Source: a virus (taxonomy: Duplodnaviria > Heunggongvirae > Uroviricota > Caudoviricetes). Taken from it: 64,000 nt of DNA. Location: the IMG/VR virus record IMGVR_UViG_3300028898_000252, positions 93,946 to 157,945 of that record. One strand, given 5' to 3'. Positions within the stretch are counted from its first letter, which is position 1; each line of letters begins with the position of its first letter. Position numbers and translations under genes: made by a program. The notes under the pieces are model-generated. The model was given only the letters and a program-made list of their open reading frames with translations. It ran no database searches and was not told where the DNA came from. This document shows, in pieces, positions 54,860 through 64,000 of this stretch.

Positions 54860-57800
54860 TTAATGATATGAAATTTTCGATTGTTTTGTTTCTTCATTTT
54901 GCGAAATTTCAATTATTTGATCCATATATTCTTTTAGAGATTGAATATGAGTTATTACAAAAACTGCTTTAAATTTTTCTTTAAGTTTAAAAAGCAATTT
55001 AACAACATTTCCCAGATTATTTTGGTCTAGAGCATCAAAGCCTTCGTCAATAATCAAAGAATCTAATTTTGGCAATGGAGTTAGTTCCATTAAAGCAGCT
55101 CTAATCGCCAAAGAAGAAATCATTTTTTCCATACCAGAAGCTAATTCAATTACCCTTGTAGATTTATCATCTTGCAAAAAGATATCAAGTGTGTTTACGC
55201 CAACTTCTGTCTGAAATTTAATTTTAAAGTCGGCAACGTCACTTAGATAATCATTTATAAGTTTGTTTATCACTGGAAGTTGTGAATTAAGAAGCATCGC
55301 AGGAATTCCATTTTTTGAAAATGCATCCAGAATAGATTCTAGAATTTTTGCACTTGTAACAAGCTCTTCTTTCAAAGTTATTGAAGATTCAATTGTATCA
55401 ATATTGTTCTCTAGTTTGCCAATTTCCACTGAAATAGAATTTAGCAACTGATATAATTTTTTTCTAGCGATGACTTTTTCTGTTTTTATTTCATCAATTC
55501 CAGATAAAACAAACAATTTCTCACATTTCTCTTTGTATTCTTTTTTCTTTTCAGACATTTCTAAAACATCTGTTTCCAACATTGGAATAATCCTATCTGT
55601 TTTAGCAGAAATTTGAATTTTAATTTCGGAAATTTTTTGTTTGAAACCTAGAATTTCCTTTTCTAGGAAATTTAATTTTTGATTTTCATCTTTTAAAAAA
55701 ATTGATAAGCTATTGAATAGGTCTATTTTAGAATTCGCTTCTTCTTCATTAAAATTTAATGAAATTATTTCATTTTCAAGGTTTTTAAGATCAATTTTTG
55801 CTTGGTGTGCATCTTTTATATAAACACAACTTGGATATGTATCTCCACAAGGAACAACATCAAGTTTTTTCACTATTTTTTTAGAAAGATCTAAATCTTT
55901 TTTTATTGCTATTAATTTAGTTTTAATTGATGTTATTTTTTGGTAGTCTTCTTCTAGAGAAGATAATTCTTTTGATATTAATTCAATATCTGTTTTCTTT
56001 TCCTCAAACTCTACAAGTTTTCTCTCCAGATGTGCTTCTTTTGTTTTAAGCAAAGTTTCGAGATTTTCAAAATTTTTCTTTTCCATTTCTAATTCATTTT
56101 CTTTTTTAGCAAGCAAATTAGAAACGGAAGTTAAAGTCTGATGAAGAAATGTATATTCTTTTACATCTGGTAATTCTTCTATTTCTTTTTCTAAAGAAAA
56201 AATATCAATTTCACATTTCTCTTTTTCGGCTAAGAATTCTTCTAAACGTATTTTATTTTGAGATACTTCATCTTCTAATTTTACTTTATCGTAATTTTTA
56301 AGTTCTCCTTTTTTAAGAATATTATATTCTTCGTTTACGGAAGAATATAAATGTTTGAATATGTCTAAGTCAAGAAATCTATTAAGTAATTCTTTTCTGG
56401 TTGTGGCTCCTGAATTAATGAATGAATTGATTTGACCTTGAGCAGAAAGAGAAGTAAAAAGAAAATCATCTGGTGTTCCTATAATATTTCTTAACACTTT
56501 TTCTGTGTCTGTCCTAGAGATTGAATTTTCGTTTTTTAACTCGTATTGCGAACCATTTCTGTCTAATTTATAAAGTTTCAAAGAAGTCAAAGCCTTATCT
56601 TCTTCTTCAAGTTTTTTATTCTTTGTTTTTTGAATTTGCTTTTCTATTTTACGTTCAAGCAAATAACGCTGCCCAGAAACATTAAACAACATTCTCATCG
56701 AAGCATCTTTTTCTTTATTGTTTACGACAAAAGCAGACTTCACAGGAGCTCTATCTGTGACATTATATAATGTTAGAGCTATAGAACCTATTAATGAAGA
56801 TTTACCTATTCTATTGCGCCCGTGAATGCCTACAAGACCATTTAATTTACTAAAATTTACTTTGTTTTCTTTTCCATAAGAAAGAATATTATCAAATTCA
56901 TATGTTTCAAGTTTGATAATAGCATCGCGAACTTGTTCAGAGATACCAGAAAGTTTTTCTAAGTTTTCTTCAATTATTTTTTTTGCCTTTTCCGTATCGA
57001 TAGATTTATAATTCTCCTTGTTTCTTTCGATAAATTTTGAATACAATTCTTTAATTTTTTCTTTATTGGTTTTTAACTCTTCTTTTGTTATAGATTCACC
57101 TTGAATATCAACCGAATCAACCGAGAGAAGAATCGAATCATCAATATCCACAGATTTTGCACCAAGTTTAGTTGTGCCAAATGTTTTTAGTGAAAGTTTG
57201 TCTGTGTCAGTTATTCTTGTATTGCTCTTTATTCGCAATTTCCAACCATGTGAAATTTTATATTTTTGAACCTGGTCTAATATCAAAGATTTTGTTTTTT
57301 CAACATTTTCCTCGAAAGAAACTGTTAGAAACAAAAATGGATTTGCAACCTTTACAAATGTTTTCTTAAAATTTGTTGAATCATTTATTTCCCAAACCGT
57401 AAATCCTTTTTCAATACTTTCGCCAAAATCTAACTGCGATAGACTACCTGGGTAGTGAATCTTTCCGCTCTTATCCAGATCTTGTCGTTTATGGATGTCT
57501 CCAAGGAACGCATAATCGACAGATTTAAAGAAATCTGTTTCAATCTCTGCTTCGAGGGCTACAATACCATTTTCGTAAACGCATCCAGCGACAGAGCCGT
57601 GAAACACAGCAATGTTCACCAATTTATCATTTATTTTAGCAGACAAAGGCTTCCAGCCATCTTGATCGAATAAAGAATAAAACAAAAAATTTATGTTGTT
57701 TTTTATAAAGTTTTCTGATTTCTTATGAAGATAAAGATTATTTCGATTTAAAGCTTTGATAATCGGCGAAATTGCATCTTCTCTTTGTTCGTTTTTTAAA

Positions 57801-58051
57801 TTGCCATCGTGGTTTCCCAAAATTACGTGAGTTTCGGCTATGTTTGCAAGTCCGTTGAAGAAATCGACTAATAAAGAAATAGATTCTGGTGTTATATTCT
57901 CTGTTTTTGTGTGGAAAATGTCTCCCGCAACCACAACACAATCGACTTCTTGATCTACTAATTTTCTTAGAAAATTGTCAACTATTATTTTATTTTCAAC
58001 TATTCTCTCTTTTCCTTGTATGTGTATATCGGCCAAATGTGCTATTTTCAT
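54860..58051 (-). CDS. Fused Mre11/SbcD nuclease - Rad50/SbcC ATPase (gp47+gp46-like)
   Basis: ADIH, AGDIFH, GNHD, GDIH; then GRNRIGKSS, ASGME signature, IIDEGFDALD, VITH; ATG at 58051. Confidence 0.9.
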   Translation of the reverse strand: MKIAHLADIHIQGKERIVENKIIVDNFLRKLVDQEVDCVVVAGDIFHTKTENITPESISLLVDFFNGLANIAETHVILGNHDGNLKNEQREDAISPIIKALNRNNLYLHKKSENFIKNNINFLFYSLFDQDGWKPLSAKINDKLVNIAVFHGSVAGCVYENGIVALEAEIETDFFKSVDYAFLGDIHKRQDLDKSGKIHYPGSLSQLDFGESIEKGFTVWEINDSTNFKKTFVKVANPFLFLTVSFEENVEKTKSLILDQVQKYKISHGWKLRIKSNTRITDTDKLSLKTFGTTKLGAKSVDIDDSILLSVDSVDIQGESITKEELKTNKEKIKELYSKFIERNKENYKSIDTEKAKKIIEENLEKLSGISEQVRDAIIKLETYEFDNILSYGKENKVNFSKLNGLVGIHGRNRIGKSSLIGSIALTLYNVTDRAPVKSAFVVNNKEKDASMRMLFNVSGQRYLLERKIEKQIQKTKNKKLEEEDKALTSLKLYKLDRNGSQYELKNENSISRTDTEKVLRNIIGTPDDFLFTSLSAQGQINSFINSGATTRKELLNRFLDLDIFKHLYSSVNEEYNILKKGELKNYDKVKLEDEVSQNKIRLEEFLAEKEKCEIDIFSLEKEIEELPDVKEYTFLHQTLTSVSNLLAKKENELEMEKKNFENLETLLKTKEAHLERKLVEFEEKKTDIELISKELSSLEEDYQKITSIKTKLIAIKKDLDLSKKIVKKLDVVPCGDTYPSCVYIKDAHQAKIDLKNLENEIISLNFNEEEANSKIDLFNSLSIFLKDENQKLNFLEKEILGFKQKISEIKIQISAKTDRIIPMLETDVLEMSEKKKEYKEKCEKLFVLSGIDEIKTEKVIARKKLYQLLNSISVEIGKLENNIDTIESSITLKEELVTSAKILESILDAFSKNGIPAMLLNSQLPVINKLINDYLSDVADFKIKFQTEVGVNTLDIFLQDDKSTRVIELASGMEKMISSLAIRAALMELTPLPKLDSLIIDEGFDALDQNNLGNVVKLLFKLKEKFKAVFVITHIQSLKEYMDQIIEISQNEETKQSKISYH

Positions 58052-59139
58052 ATTAGTTTTTCTAGAATTCTTTCTTTTTTTGTTTTCGGATGCCAGACCC
58101 ACTCTTCTACAAAATCTATCTTATTTTTCAAATATCCAAATTCTTGAAGTTCGGCAAAATCTTTTGCTGTTTGGTGAGTGATGTTAGATACTATAATCTT
58201 TGTGCCAAAATCGCGCAATACACTTAAGTTTTGTGCTATAGTTTCTCGTTTTTTAACTTCATTTTTATCTAATGAAATACGAATAATATCTGGTTTAAAT
58301 TTAAATAGCCACTCGAATAGTTTTGATGTTTTTTCAAAACTTGAGCCTAAGATTGGAATTGTGTTTTTATATGGACTACATACATAGTCAAATGGACCTT
58401 CAACTAAAGTTATCTCTTTGAACGAAGAATCAATAAATCCGACATTAAAAATAATTTCTTTTGCGATTGAAGAGTTTACATATTTTGATCTTCCCACAAT
58501 TTCGCTATAAAGCCGTGCTGTGTAAAAATCAAATTCAAGATTTTCATTTACCGAAGGAAATATAATTCTGTTTTCTAAATAAAATTTTTCTTTCTTATCT
58601 GAAAAACTATAACAGATCGAAAGATTATTGTCCCATACTTGTTGTTCGGTAAGTTTTCTATCTTCAAAAAGATATTTTTTTGCTTTTCTATAAAGATGGT
58701 GATACTTTTTTTGTTCTGGTAGTTTTAAAAGCAAAGAAATGTTTTTAGGCATAACAAAAACATTCTCTTCTTTTACCGAAGATTTTCCTAAAATAAAAGA
58801 TTCAATCTTGTCAACAAAAGAAGATCCAGAAAATGAACTAAAATCTATTTTTTTGGTTTGAAACTTTTCGACATATTCTCCAAGAAAAGATTTTTTATAT
58901 TTGTAAAGCAACCAATACAAAGAACGACTTTTGTATCCGCATACCCAGCAATGCAAAGCGAAATCTGTTGTTCTTATAACTAATTTTTTCTTATCGTAAG
59001 AAAAACCTTTTTTTTCTCTACAAATAGGACATATGACACTAATATTCAAACCCGCATTTGATACTTGGTATTCTCCAAAACAAGACTCAATAAATTCGAA
59101 TATCTCAGGATTTGGTGGCATGACTAACATCAATAGCAC
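58048..59139 (-). CDS. DNA primase (Zn finger + Toprim)
   Basis: CPIC...HCWVCG; RIIFP; LVEGPFD; ISLD. Confidence 0.8.
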   Translation of the reverse strand: MLLMLVMPPNPEIFEFIESCFGEYQVSNAGLNISVICPICREKKGFSYDKKKLVIRTTDFALHCWVCGYKSRSLYWLLYKYKKSFLGEYVEKFQTKKIDFSSFSGSSFVDKIESFILGKSSVKEENVFVMPKNISLLLKLPEQKKYHHLYRKAKKYLFEDRKLTEQQVWDNNLSICYSFSDKKEKFYLENRIIFPSVNENLEFDFYTARLYSEIVGRSKYVNSSIAKEIIFNVGFIDSSFKEITLVEGPFDYVCSPYKNTIPILGSSFEKTSKLFEWLFKFKPDIIRISLDKNEVKKRETIAQNLSVLRDFGTKIIVSNITHQTAKDFAELQEFGYLKNKIDFVEEWVWHPKTKKERILEKLI

Positions 59140-59165
59140 CAGAATTACTTATGTTCAATGCTGGT

Positions 59166-59423
59166 CTAGAGTTTTTTCACACCCTTGTTCTGCGCAATAT
59201 GGTAGTAAAAACAATTTGCTTTTTTATTAGTTGGGACAAAATCCATTTTTTTTAGATTAATTTTAAGCGTTGTTTCTTTTTTATTTGTAATAGCATTCCA
59301 AGAAATTTCAGCATAACCATCATATTTCTCTTCATGATATAATTCTGCTAAAAGCTCGTCGATACCTTTTTCCAGTTGTATGCTAAAGGTAATTGCAAAT
59401 TTTTCTAATTTAGATTTTTCCAT
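59166..59423 (-). CDS. Hypothetical protein
   Basis: ATG at 59423 (MEKSKLE). Confidence 0.55.
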   Translation of the reverse strand: MEKSKLEKFAITFSIQLEKGIDELLAELYHEEKYDGYAEISWNAITNKKETTLKINLKKMDFVPTNKKANCFYYHIAQNKGVKKL

Positions 59424-60000
59424 TTCCTGCCCCTTTCGCAATAACATATGCATCAACCATATCTTTTGCGCATTCTTTATATACTTCTTTGCCTTTATTT
59501 TGTCCAGATTTCAATACTTTTTTTGGCAAATAACTTAAAATTTCTTTTTTGTTCGAAATTATAAAATCGAAAACTTGTTCTTTAACTTTTGTTTTTTTGG
59601 ATTTGTCTTGTTTAAATCCTATATTTTTTCTTGCCGAAGAAACTTGGATTTCTTTTATTTTAGCTTGTGGAAACTTTTTCCACATTGAAAGACAAACCAT
59701 AGCATTCATTTTTGCTAAAGTAAAAAGAGTGTGTGCGGTTGTCGCATTGGGAGAAAAAGCCTTTGCGTTAGCTTCAATTCTATATTCTACTACTTTATAT
59801 TTGTTTAAATCAATAACGTTTCCAATTTCATTTTCAAAAAAAGAAATTTTATTAAAGAAATTTTGATAACTATCAAGTTTTTCTTGTTTAAATTCTATTG
59901 CTATTAAATTAATTAATTCCATTTTTAAATCAAAAAATGAAACACCAATAACACTTGATGAAATATCTAAACCTACGATTACTTCTTTTTCGTTGAACAT
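59410..60000 (-). CDS. RuvC-like Holliday junction resolvase
   Basis: VGLDISS; IEA; DMVDAYVIA. Confidence 0.75.
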   Translation of the reverse strand: MFNEKEVIVGLDISSSVIGVSFFDLKMELINLIAIEFKQEKLDSYQNFFNKISFFENEIGNVIDLNKYKVVEYRIEANAKAFSPNATTAHTLFTLAKMNAMVCLSMWKKFPQAKIKEIQVSSARKNIGFKQDKSKKTKVKEQVFDFIISNKKEILSYLPKKVLKSGQNKGKEVYKECAKDMVDAYVIAKGAGNGKI

Positions 60001-60515
60001 TTTTTATACATTTCTAAAAGAAATTCTTGTCTTGGTTGAGCGGGTTTGTTAGTCTTTGTTTTTTTCTTTTTTTTATGGGCAGCTGTAGCTTTTTTAAATT
60101 GACTTTTTTTCTGAGGGACTACTCCAAGTTTCGCTCGATACCCATCTATTTCTTTTTTTGTCCATATTTCATAAACCGTATCTGGTAAATTATTTTCTAT
60201 ATATTTTTTTGCAGCCAAAGCTTTTATTTCAACAATTTTTGTTTTAACTCGATCATCTCTTTTTATTTCAACAATTTTTTTATTTCCATTTTTAAAAAAA
60301 ATATAAAAATCTGGTAAATAAATCTTAGGTCTTTTACGCTTTTTATTTGAAATATAAGGAATGCGAAGTGTTTCATATTCAACTTTTATTATTTCTTCAT
60401 CTTGGTCAAACATCAATGCAACATCTCGCTCCCACCCACTTCTGTAATTTATCTCGCATTCGCACTTGGATATTTTTACTTTTCCTTGATAGTACCATTT
60501 TTTCTTAGTTGCCAT
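59979..60515 (-). CDS. Head completion nuclease (T4 gp4 / TnsA-like)
   Basis: YRSGWE...EYE...IPY...YLPDFYI...VEIK. Confidence 0.75.
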   Translation of the reverse strand: MATKKKWYYQGKVKISKCECEINYRSGWERDVALMFDQDEEIIKVEYETLRIPYISNKKRKRPKIYLPDFYIFFKNGNKKIVEIKRDDRVKTKIVEIKALAAKKYIENNLPDTVYEIWTKKEIDGYRAKLGVVPQKKSQFKKATAAHKKKKKTKTNKPAQPRQEFLLEMYKKCSTKKK

Positions 60516-60537
60516 AGCAGTTCTTGTCAAGTAATAA

Positions 60538-61029
60538 TTACTTTTTGCTTGTCGCTTTCTTTGTGGTCACTACACTAAGAGGGTCTGGGAGGGAAAGGTT
60601 AGTTTCTATAGACTCTATGGAACTAATAATTAGTTCTTTAAAAAAGAGAATAGATCTAAACCAATCAATATCAAGAAATGATAGGTATGTCTCACCCATG
60701 CCAATTGGTATAATCTTCCTGACCCTGAACCGAGTTGCTCCATTAAACTTTTGGTGTTCCCATTCATCCGAGGTTTTTAATTTTTTCCAAATTGTTAAAG
60801 CTTTAGGAAAAATCAAGGAAGTATCATGTACGATATATTTCCCATTTAAAGCAACAGATAATAAAAAATATAAATCTGAACCAAGACCTTTTTCTGATGT
60901 TGCTACACGTTTAATTTCAAAAGAATCTAACTCTTTGTTGTATTTGGAATGTATCATTCCTATAATTTTATCATTTTGCTTTAAGACAATGCCCGCGACT
61001 TTTTCTTTTATATATACTTTTATTTCCAT
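60538..61029 (-). CDS. Possible GNAT-like acetyltransferase
   Basis: VATSEKGLGSDLY (motif A-like); ALTIWKKL. Confidence 0.4.
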   Translation of the reverse strand: MEIKVYIKEKVAGIVLKQNDKIIGMIHSKYNKELDSFEIKRVATSEKGLGSDLYFLLSVALNGKYIVHDTSLIFPKALTIWKKLKTSDEWEHQKFNGATRFRVRKIIPIGMGETYLSFLDIDWFRSILFFKELIISSIESIETNLSLPDPLSVVTTKKATSKK

Positions 61030-61031
61030 GA

Positions 61032-63365
61032 TTAAAAGCTTAAAGGAAGTTTAAACAAAATAGAATCTCCAGTTTTTTTCATTACAGGTTGTGCAAGCGA
61101 TGCTCTTGCGACAACATTAAGATTTTCATCGTGTAAAAGAACTTCTCCAATATGTGTATATTGGGTATCTTGCTCATTCTGATTTTGCGTAGATTTGAGT
61201 GAATCTAACCACGACGAATTTGAAGATGCAGTTTGTTCGAGTGAACGAGCATAGCAATCAATAGTCGTTGTGTACAGCCTGGAGTTGCCTTTAAAGACAA
61301 TTTTATATTGATTACTTCCAAACCAAAATAGAGAAGGATTTTTTATAACAACTATTCCTTCGTTATAAAAAACATTGCCGACAGAATTCCATGTCGCTGT
61401 ATTTTGATCTTCTGTGTTTGAACGATATAAATTACCTCTTCCATCATCTTTTAAGATAATAGAAACTTTCGAATCAGAGCCAGAAATAGCACTATCTGTA
61501 ATAGAAAAGGTTCCTGGTTCTATTCTTGTTCCATAAAATAAATTAGAAATTTCAAAAATTCTTAAATTATTTGAAGACTCATCTCTTGTTTTTTGCAAAA
61601 TGGATGGAACTGCTAGTGGAAATTCATTTAAAGAGCTACTAATCATTGGATCTGGGCCAACGATATTATAACCGATAGAAGAAGTTGACGAATTATACTG
61701 TATCGACGAAATCCAAGATGAAGAAATTATCTGTGACAAATTCACACTACTTAAATCTTTTACCAAATCATTTCTAAAAAAAGAAGAGGAGAGCGAGTTC
61801 AACCACTCAAAATTTGGAACAAAATTTCCATTGTCGTTTGGCAATATTGTTAAATTTCTTTTCAAAGAAGATTCAGATAAGTAAAGCAAGTCGTTTGCCG
61901 TTGAAGCACTTAAAGTTATTTGTAATATTTTAGGAGTTAGCCCAAATAAACGCGGATATTTTCCGAGTATAAATTCTCTTGTGTGATTTTCCAAATTTAT
62001 CAAATGGCCACCAACTTCAAATGCCAGCTCTGCGCTAAACGGCGAAGAAGTTGTTCCAGATTTATTATAAAAGGGAGTGTTTATTATACCGCCATTGAAT
62101 CCATCTTTAGTTCTATAAGGACTTTCTTCTGTAAAAAAAGGCGGAACATAAAACAAAAGATTTGAAGAAGATATACTGGGTCCGTATTGTCGTAAATTTG
62201 CTATTTCGGCTAATGTCAAATATTTATTATAAATTTTAATGTCATGAATTTCTGCATTTAGCGGAAACCTAAAAGAGTACGTTGCTGGTTCGGTAAATCC
62301 TGTATCTCCATTTAAAACATCTAAACCTTCTTGAATTCCTATATCTTCGCCAAAAAAACGAGAAGACCCATTCGACCCAGTGTTTGTTCCAATAAAATAA
62401 TTTCCAACAAATAAACAGTTTGGTCCATCTTGGCTGGCAGAAATAAAGTAGTTTAAACTAGCAGAAGGGATGATAAAAGTTTTGTCTTCTGTGTTGTCTA
62501 TAATAATAGACCCACTTCCTAAATTATAATCTGAAGTTCCCCAGCGAATTGTGATGTTGTGCCAAGTGTCTTTTGTTAAAGAGTTATCTGAAGAAAAGAC
62601 ACAAGTGCTTCCGTTTTCAACAACCTGATTAGGATTTTCGGTCGAGGCTCTCTCCAATTGTAAAATAATTCTAAATTTGTCAGAATTTCCATTGATATCT
62701 TTGCTGGAACCCGTCGCCAATGAAACTGCAATTGCCCCTGAAAAATGTAAAATAGTTCCTGGTGACTCAAAGGCATACCGAGGATTGATCCAAAAATTAT
62801 AGCTAAATGATCCAGTTGGTAAATAAGAAGATGATAAAATAATTGAACTAGACAAAGTAAGCGAATTTGGATAAATTATAACTGATGATGTGTTGAAATT
62901 TGAGGAAGAAAAGAAATTTAGCGTGCTATAATTCGTATAAGCAAAGTGAGCAGCTGGATATTCGGGTTTGTAAAAACAATTATACAGAGAATTTTTAATC
63001 ATCTGTTTTTTGTTATATTCAATACCATCTCCAAAATGTGGAGTGTATGTCAAAATTTCAATTTTCTGTTGATATCTTTGATTTTGTGGAAGTTCGTGAA
63101 CGTGTTCCAAATAAGAACTTAAATAAGAATTTTTATTTAAACTTGTCGAACGTTTGGCTAAAGTAAGCACTTCATTCAAAGAGTTTACGGAAGTGTTAAA
63201 TTCAAGTGAGCGACTCAAATTTACTTTTTCACTTTGACTTCTTTGTTTGAAAACATATTTTGATCCTGTTATTCCTTGAACCGAAGAGGAATTGTAAGAA
63301 ATATTTGGATTTAAAATAGTCTCAATTGTAGAAATATCTTCTTTGTTAATTTTCGAAAAGCTCAT
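61032..63365 (-). CDS. Baseplate/tail protein with LamG-like domain
   Basis: SYNFWINP; WHNITIRW; IHDIKIYNKYLT; C-terminal IGEVLLHDENLNVVARASLAQP. Confidence 0.65.
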   Translation of the reverse strand: MSFSKINKEDISTIETILNPNISYNSSSVQGITGSKYVFKQRSQSEKVNLSRSLEFNTSVNSLNEVLTLAKRSTSLNKNSYLSSYLEHVHELPQNQRYQQKIEILTYTPHFGDGIEYNKKQMIKNSLYNCFYKPEYPAAHFAYTNYSTLNFFSSSNFNTSSVIIYPNSLTLSSSIILSSSYLPTGSFSYNFWINPRYAFESPGTILHFSGAIAVSLATGSSKDINGNSDKFRIILQLERASTENPNQVVENGSTCVFSSDNSLTKDTWHNITIRWGTSDYNLGSGSIIIDNTEDKTFIIPSASLNYFISASQDGPNCLFVGNYFIGTNTGSNGSSRFFGEDIGIQEGLDVLNGDTGFTEPATYSFRFPLNAEIHDIKIYNKYLTLAEIANLRQYGPSISSSNLLFYVPPFFTEESPYRTKDGFNGGIINTPFYNKSGTTSSPFSAELAFEVGGHLINLENHTREFILGKYPRLFGLTPKILQITLSASTANDLLYLSESSLKRNLTILPNDNGNFVPNFEWLNSLSSSFFRNDLVKDLSSVNLSQIISSSWISSIQYNSSTSSIGYNIVGPDPMISSSLNEFPLAVPSILQKTRDESSNNLRIFEISNLFYGTRIEPGTFSITDSAISGSDSKVSIILKDDGRGNLYRSNTEDQNTATWNSVGNVFYNEGIVVIKNPSLFWFGSNQYKIVFKGNSRLYTTTIDCYARSLEQTASSNSSWLDSLKSTQNQNEQDTQYTHIGEVLLHDENLNVVARASLAQPVMKKTGDSILFKLPLSF

Positions 63366-63398
63366 ATTGCGTGTCTTTAATTAACATAAAGATTAGAA

Positions 63399-64000
63399 TT
63401 AATAATCGATTCTTGCAGTTAGTTGCATACTGCGGTTTGCATCTTTGTAAACTGGTCTGTTCACTTTTCCAATTGCTAATAAATTATTATTAGCATCGTA
63501 GAAACCAACAGACGTAAACATAACAAATGATTTTTGTATATCTTCTTGCCCTTGTTCGATTACAACAATTCTTCCGTTTGAATCCACATATGATGGATTG
63601 GAGGAATAGTTGAAATTGCTATATGGTAATTGAACAGTTATAAAAGACGTGTTTAATATTGTTTGATTTTGAAATGCAATGGCCGTATAAGAAGATGAAC
63701 CAAATCTTGTAGAAGATACGTGATCAACGAAATCATCGATTGATGCACTAACCATCAATTGATTAAATGTCCCAGAGAAGCTTTCCGTTCCAGATGGAGA
63801 AACAGAATCTATTGTTCCAGCTATTGATTGTGTAACATCAAAAATTCTTTGTGTGTCAAGGACAGCAATTCCGTTATCCAAATAAAGTAAACCCACTGGA
63901 TAACTTGTATTGCTGCTATCGACAATTGTCGAATAAGCTCCACCAAAACTAAATTCTTGGTTTGTTGAAGATCCAACGTCTGAATAAATTTTTTCTCCAG
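63399..64000 (-). CDS. Baseplate/tail-collar-type protein (partial, extends past window end)
   Basis: C-terminal FTSVGFYDANNNLLAIGKVNRP; the frame stays open from 63896 to the window edge. Confidence 0.65.
   Translation of the reverse strand, partial: GEKIYSDVGSSTNQEFSFGGAYSTIVDSSNTSYPVGLLYLDNGIAVLDTQRIFDVTQSIAGTIDSVSPSGTESFSGTFNQLMVSASIDDFVDHVSSTRFGSSSYTAIAFQNQTILNTSFITVQLPYSNFNYSSNPSYVDSNGRIVVIEQGQEDIQKSFVMFTSVGFYDANNNLLAIGKVNRPVYKDANRSMQLTARIDY

Noticed and set aside
60524-61054. 176 aa plus-strand ORF
   Set aside because: Fully antisense to 60538..61029, which fits the minus-strand operon.
1-64000. Alternative genetic code (TAG or TGA recoding)
   Set aside because: Conserved genes are full length in code 11; the two broken genes are explained by a frameshift and an insertion.

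Overview
AT-rich 64 kb segment of a large (probably jumbo) myovirus genome with T4-like morphogenesis genes, read in the standard genetic code. Tail and neck genes (+ strand, 3.3-22.2 kb): tube initiator, LysM-like wedge, hub, gp13/14/15-like proteins, two ~1000 aa sheaths, tube. Head genes (- strand, 34.4-43.2 kb): major capsid protein (MCP), scaffold, gp21-like protease, portal. Also present: large terminase with a mini-intein, GroEL with a class-3-type intein, DnaJ, thioredoxin, Dps-like protein, an Mre11-Rad50 fusion, primase, RuvC-like and gp4-like nucleases, two homing endonucleases (one frameshifted) and a TnpB-only IS200/IS605 element that splits a gene. Best candidate for an undescribed system: five tandem genes (three protein kinases, two ADP-ribosyltransferase-like) whose non-homologous bodies share the N-terminal leader MKIK[PS]LIFE. 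It resembles a T4 capsid-targeting sequence and suggests a packaged, injected protein-modifying arsenal. Next to it are two stand-alone copies of the MCP A-domain, and next to terL is a stand-alone terminase ATPase domain (possible decoys or assembly modulators). All family calls come from motif recognition by eye, not database searches. No tRNA, rRNA or CRISPR array was seen.
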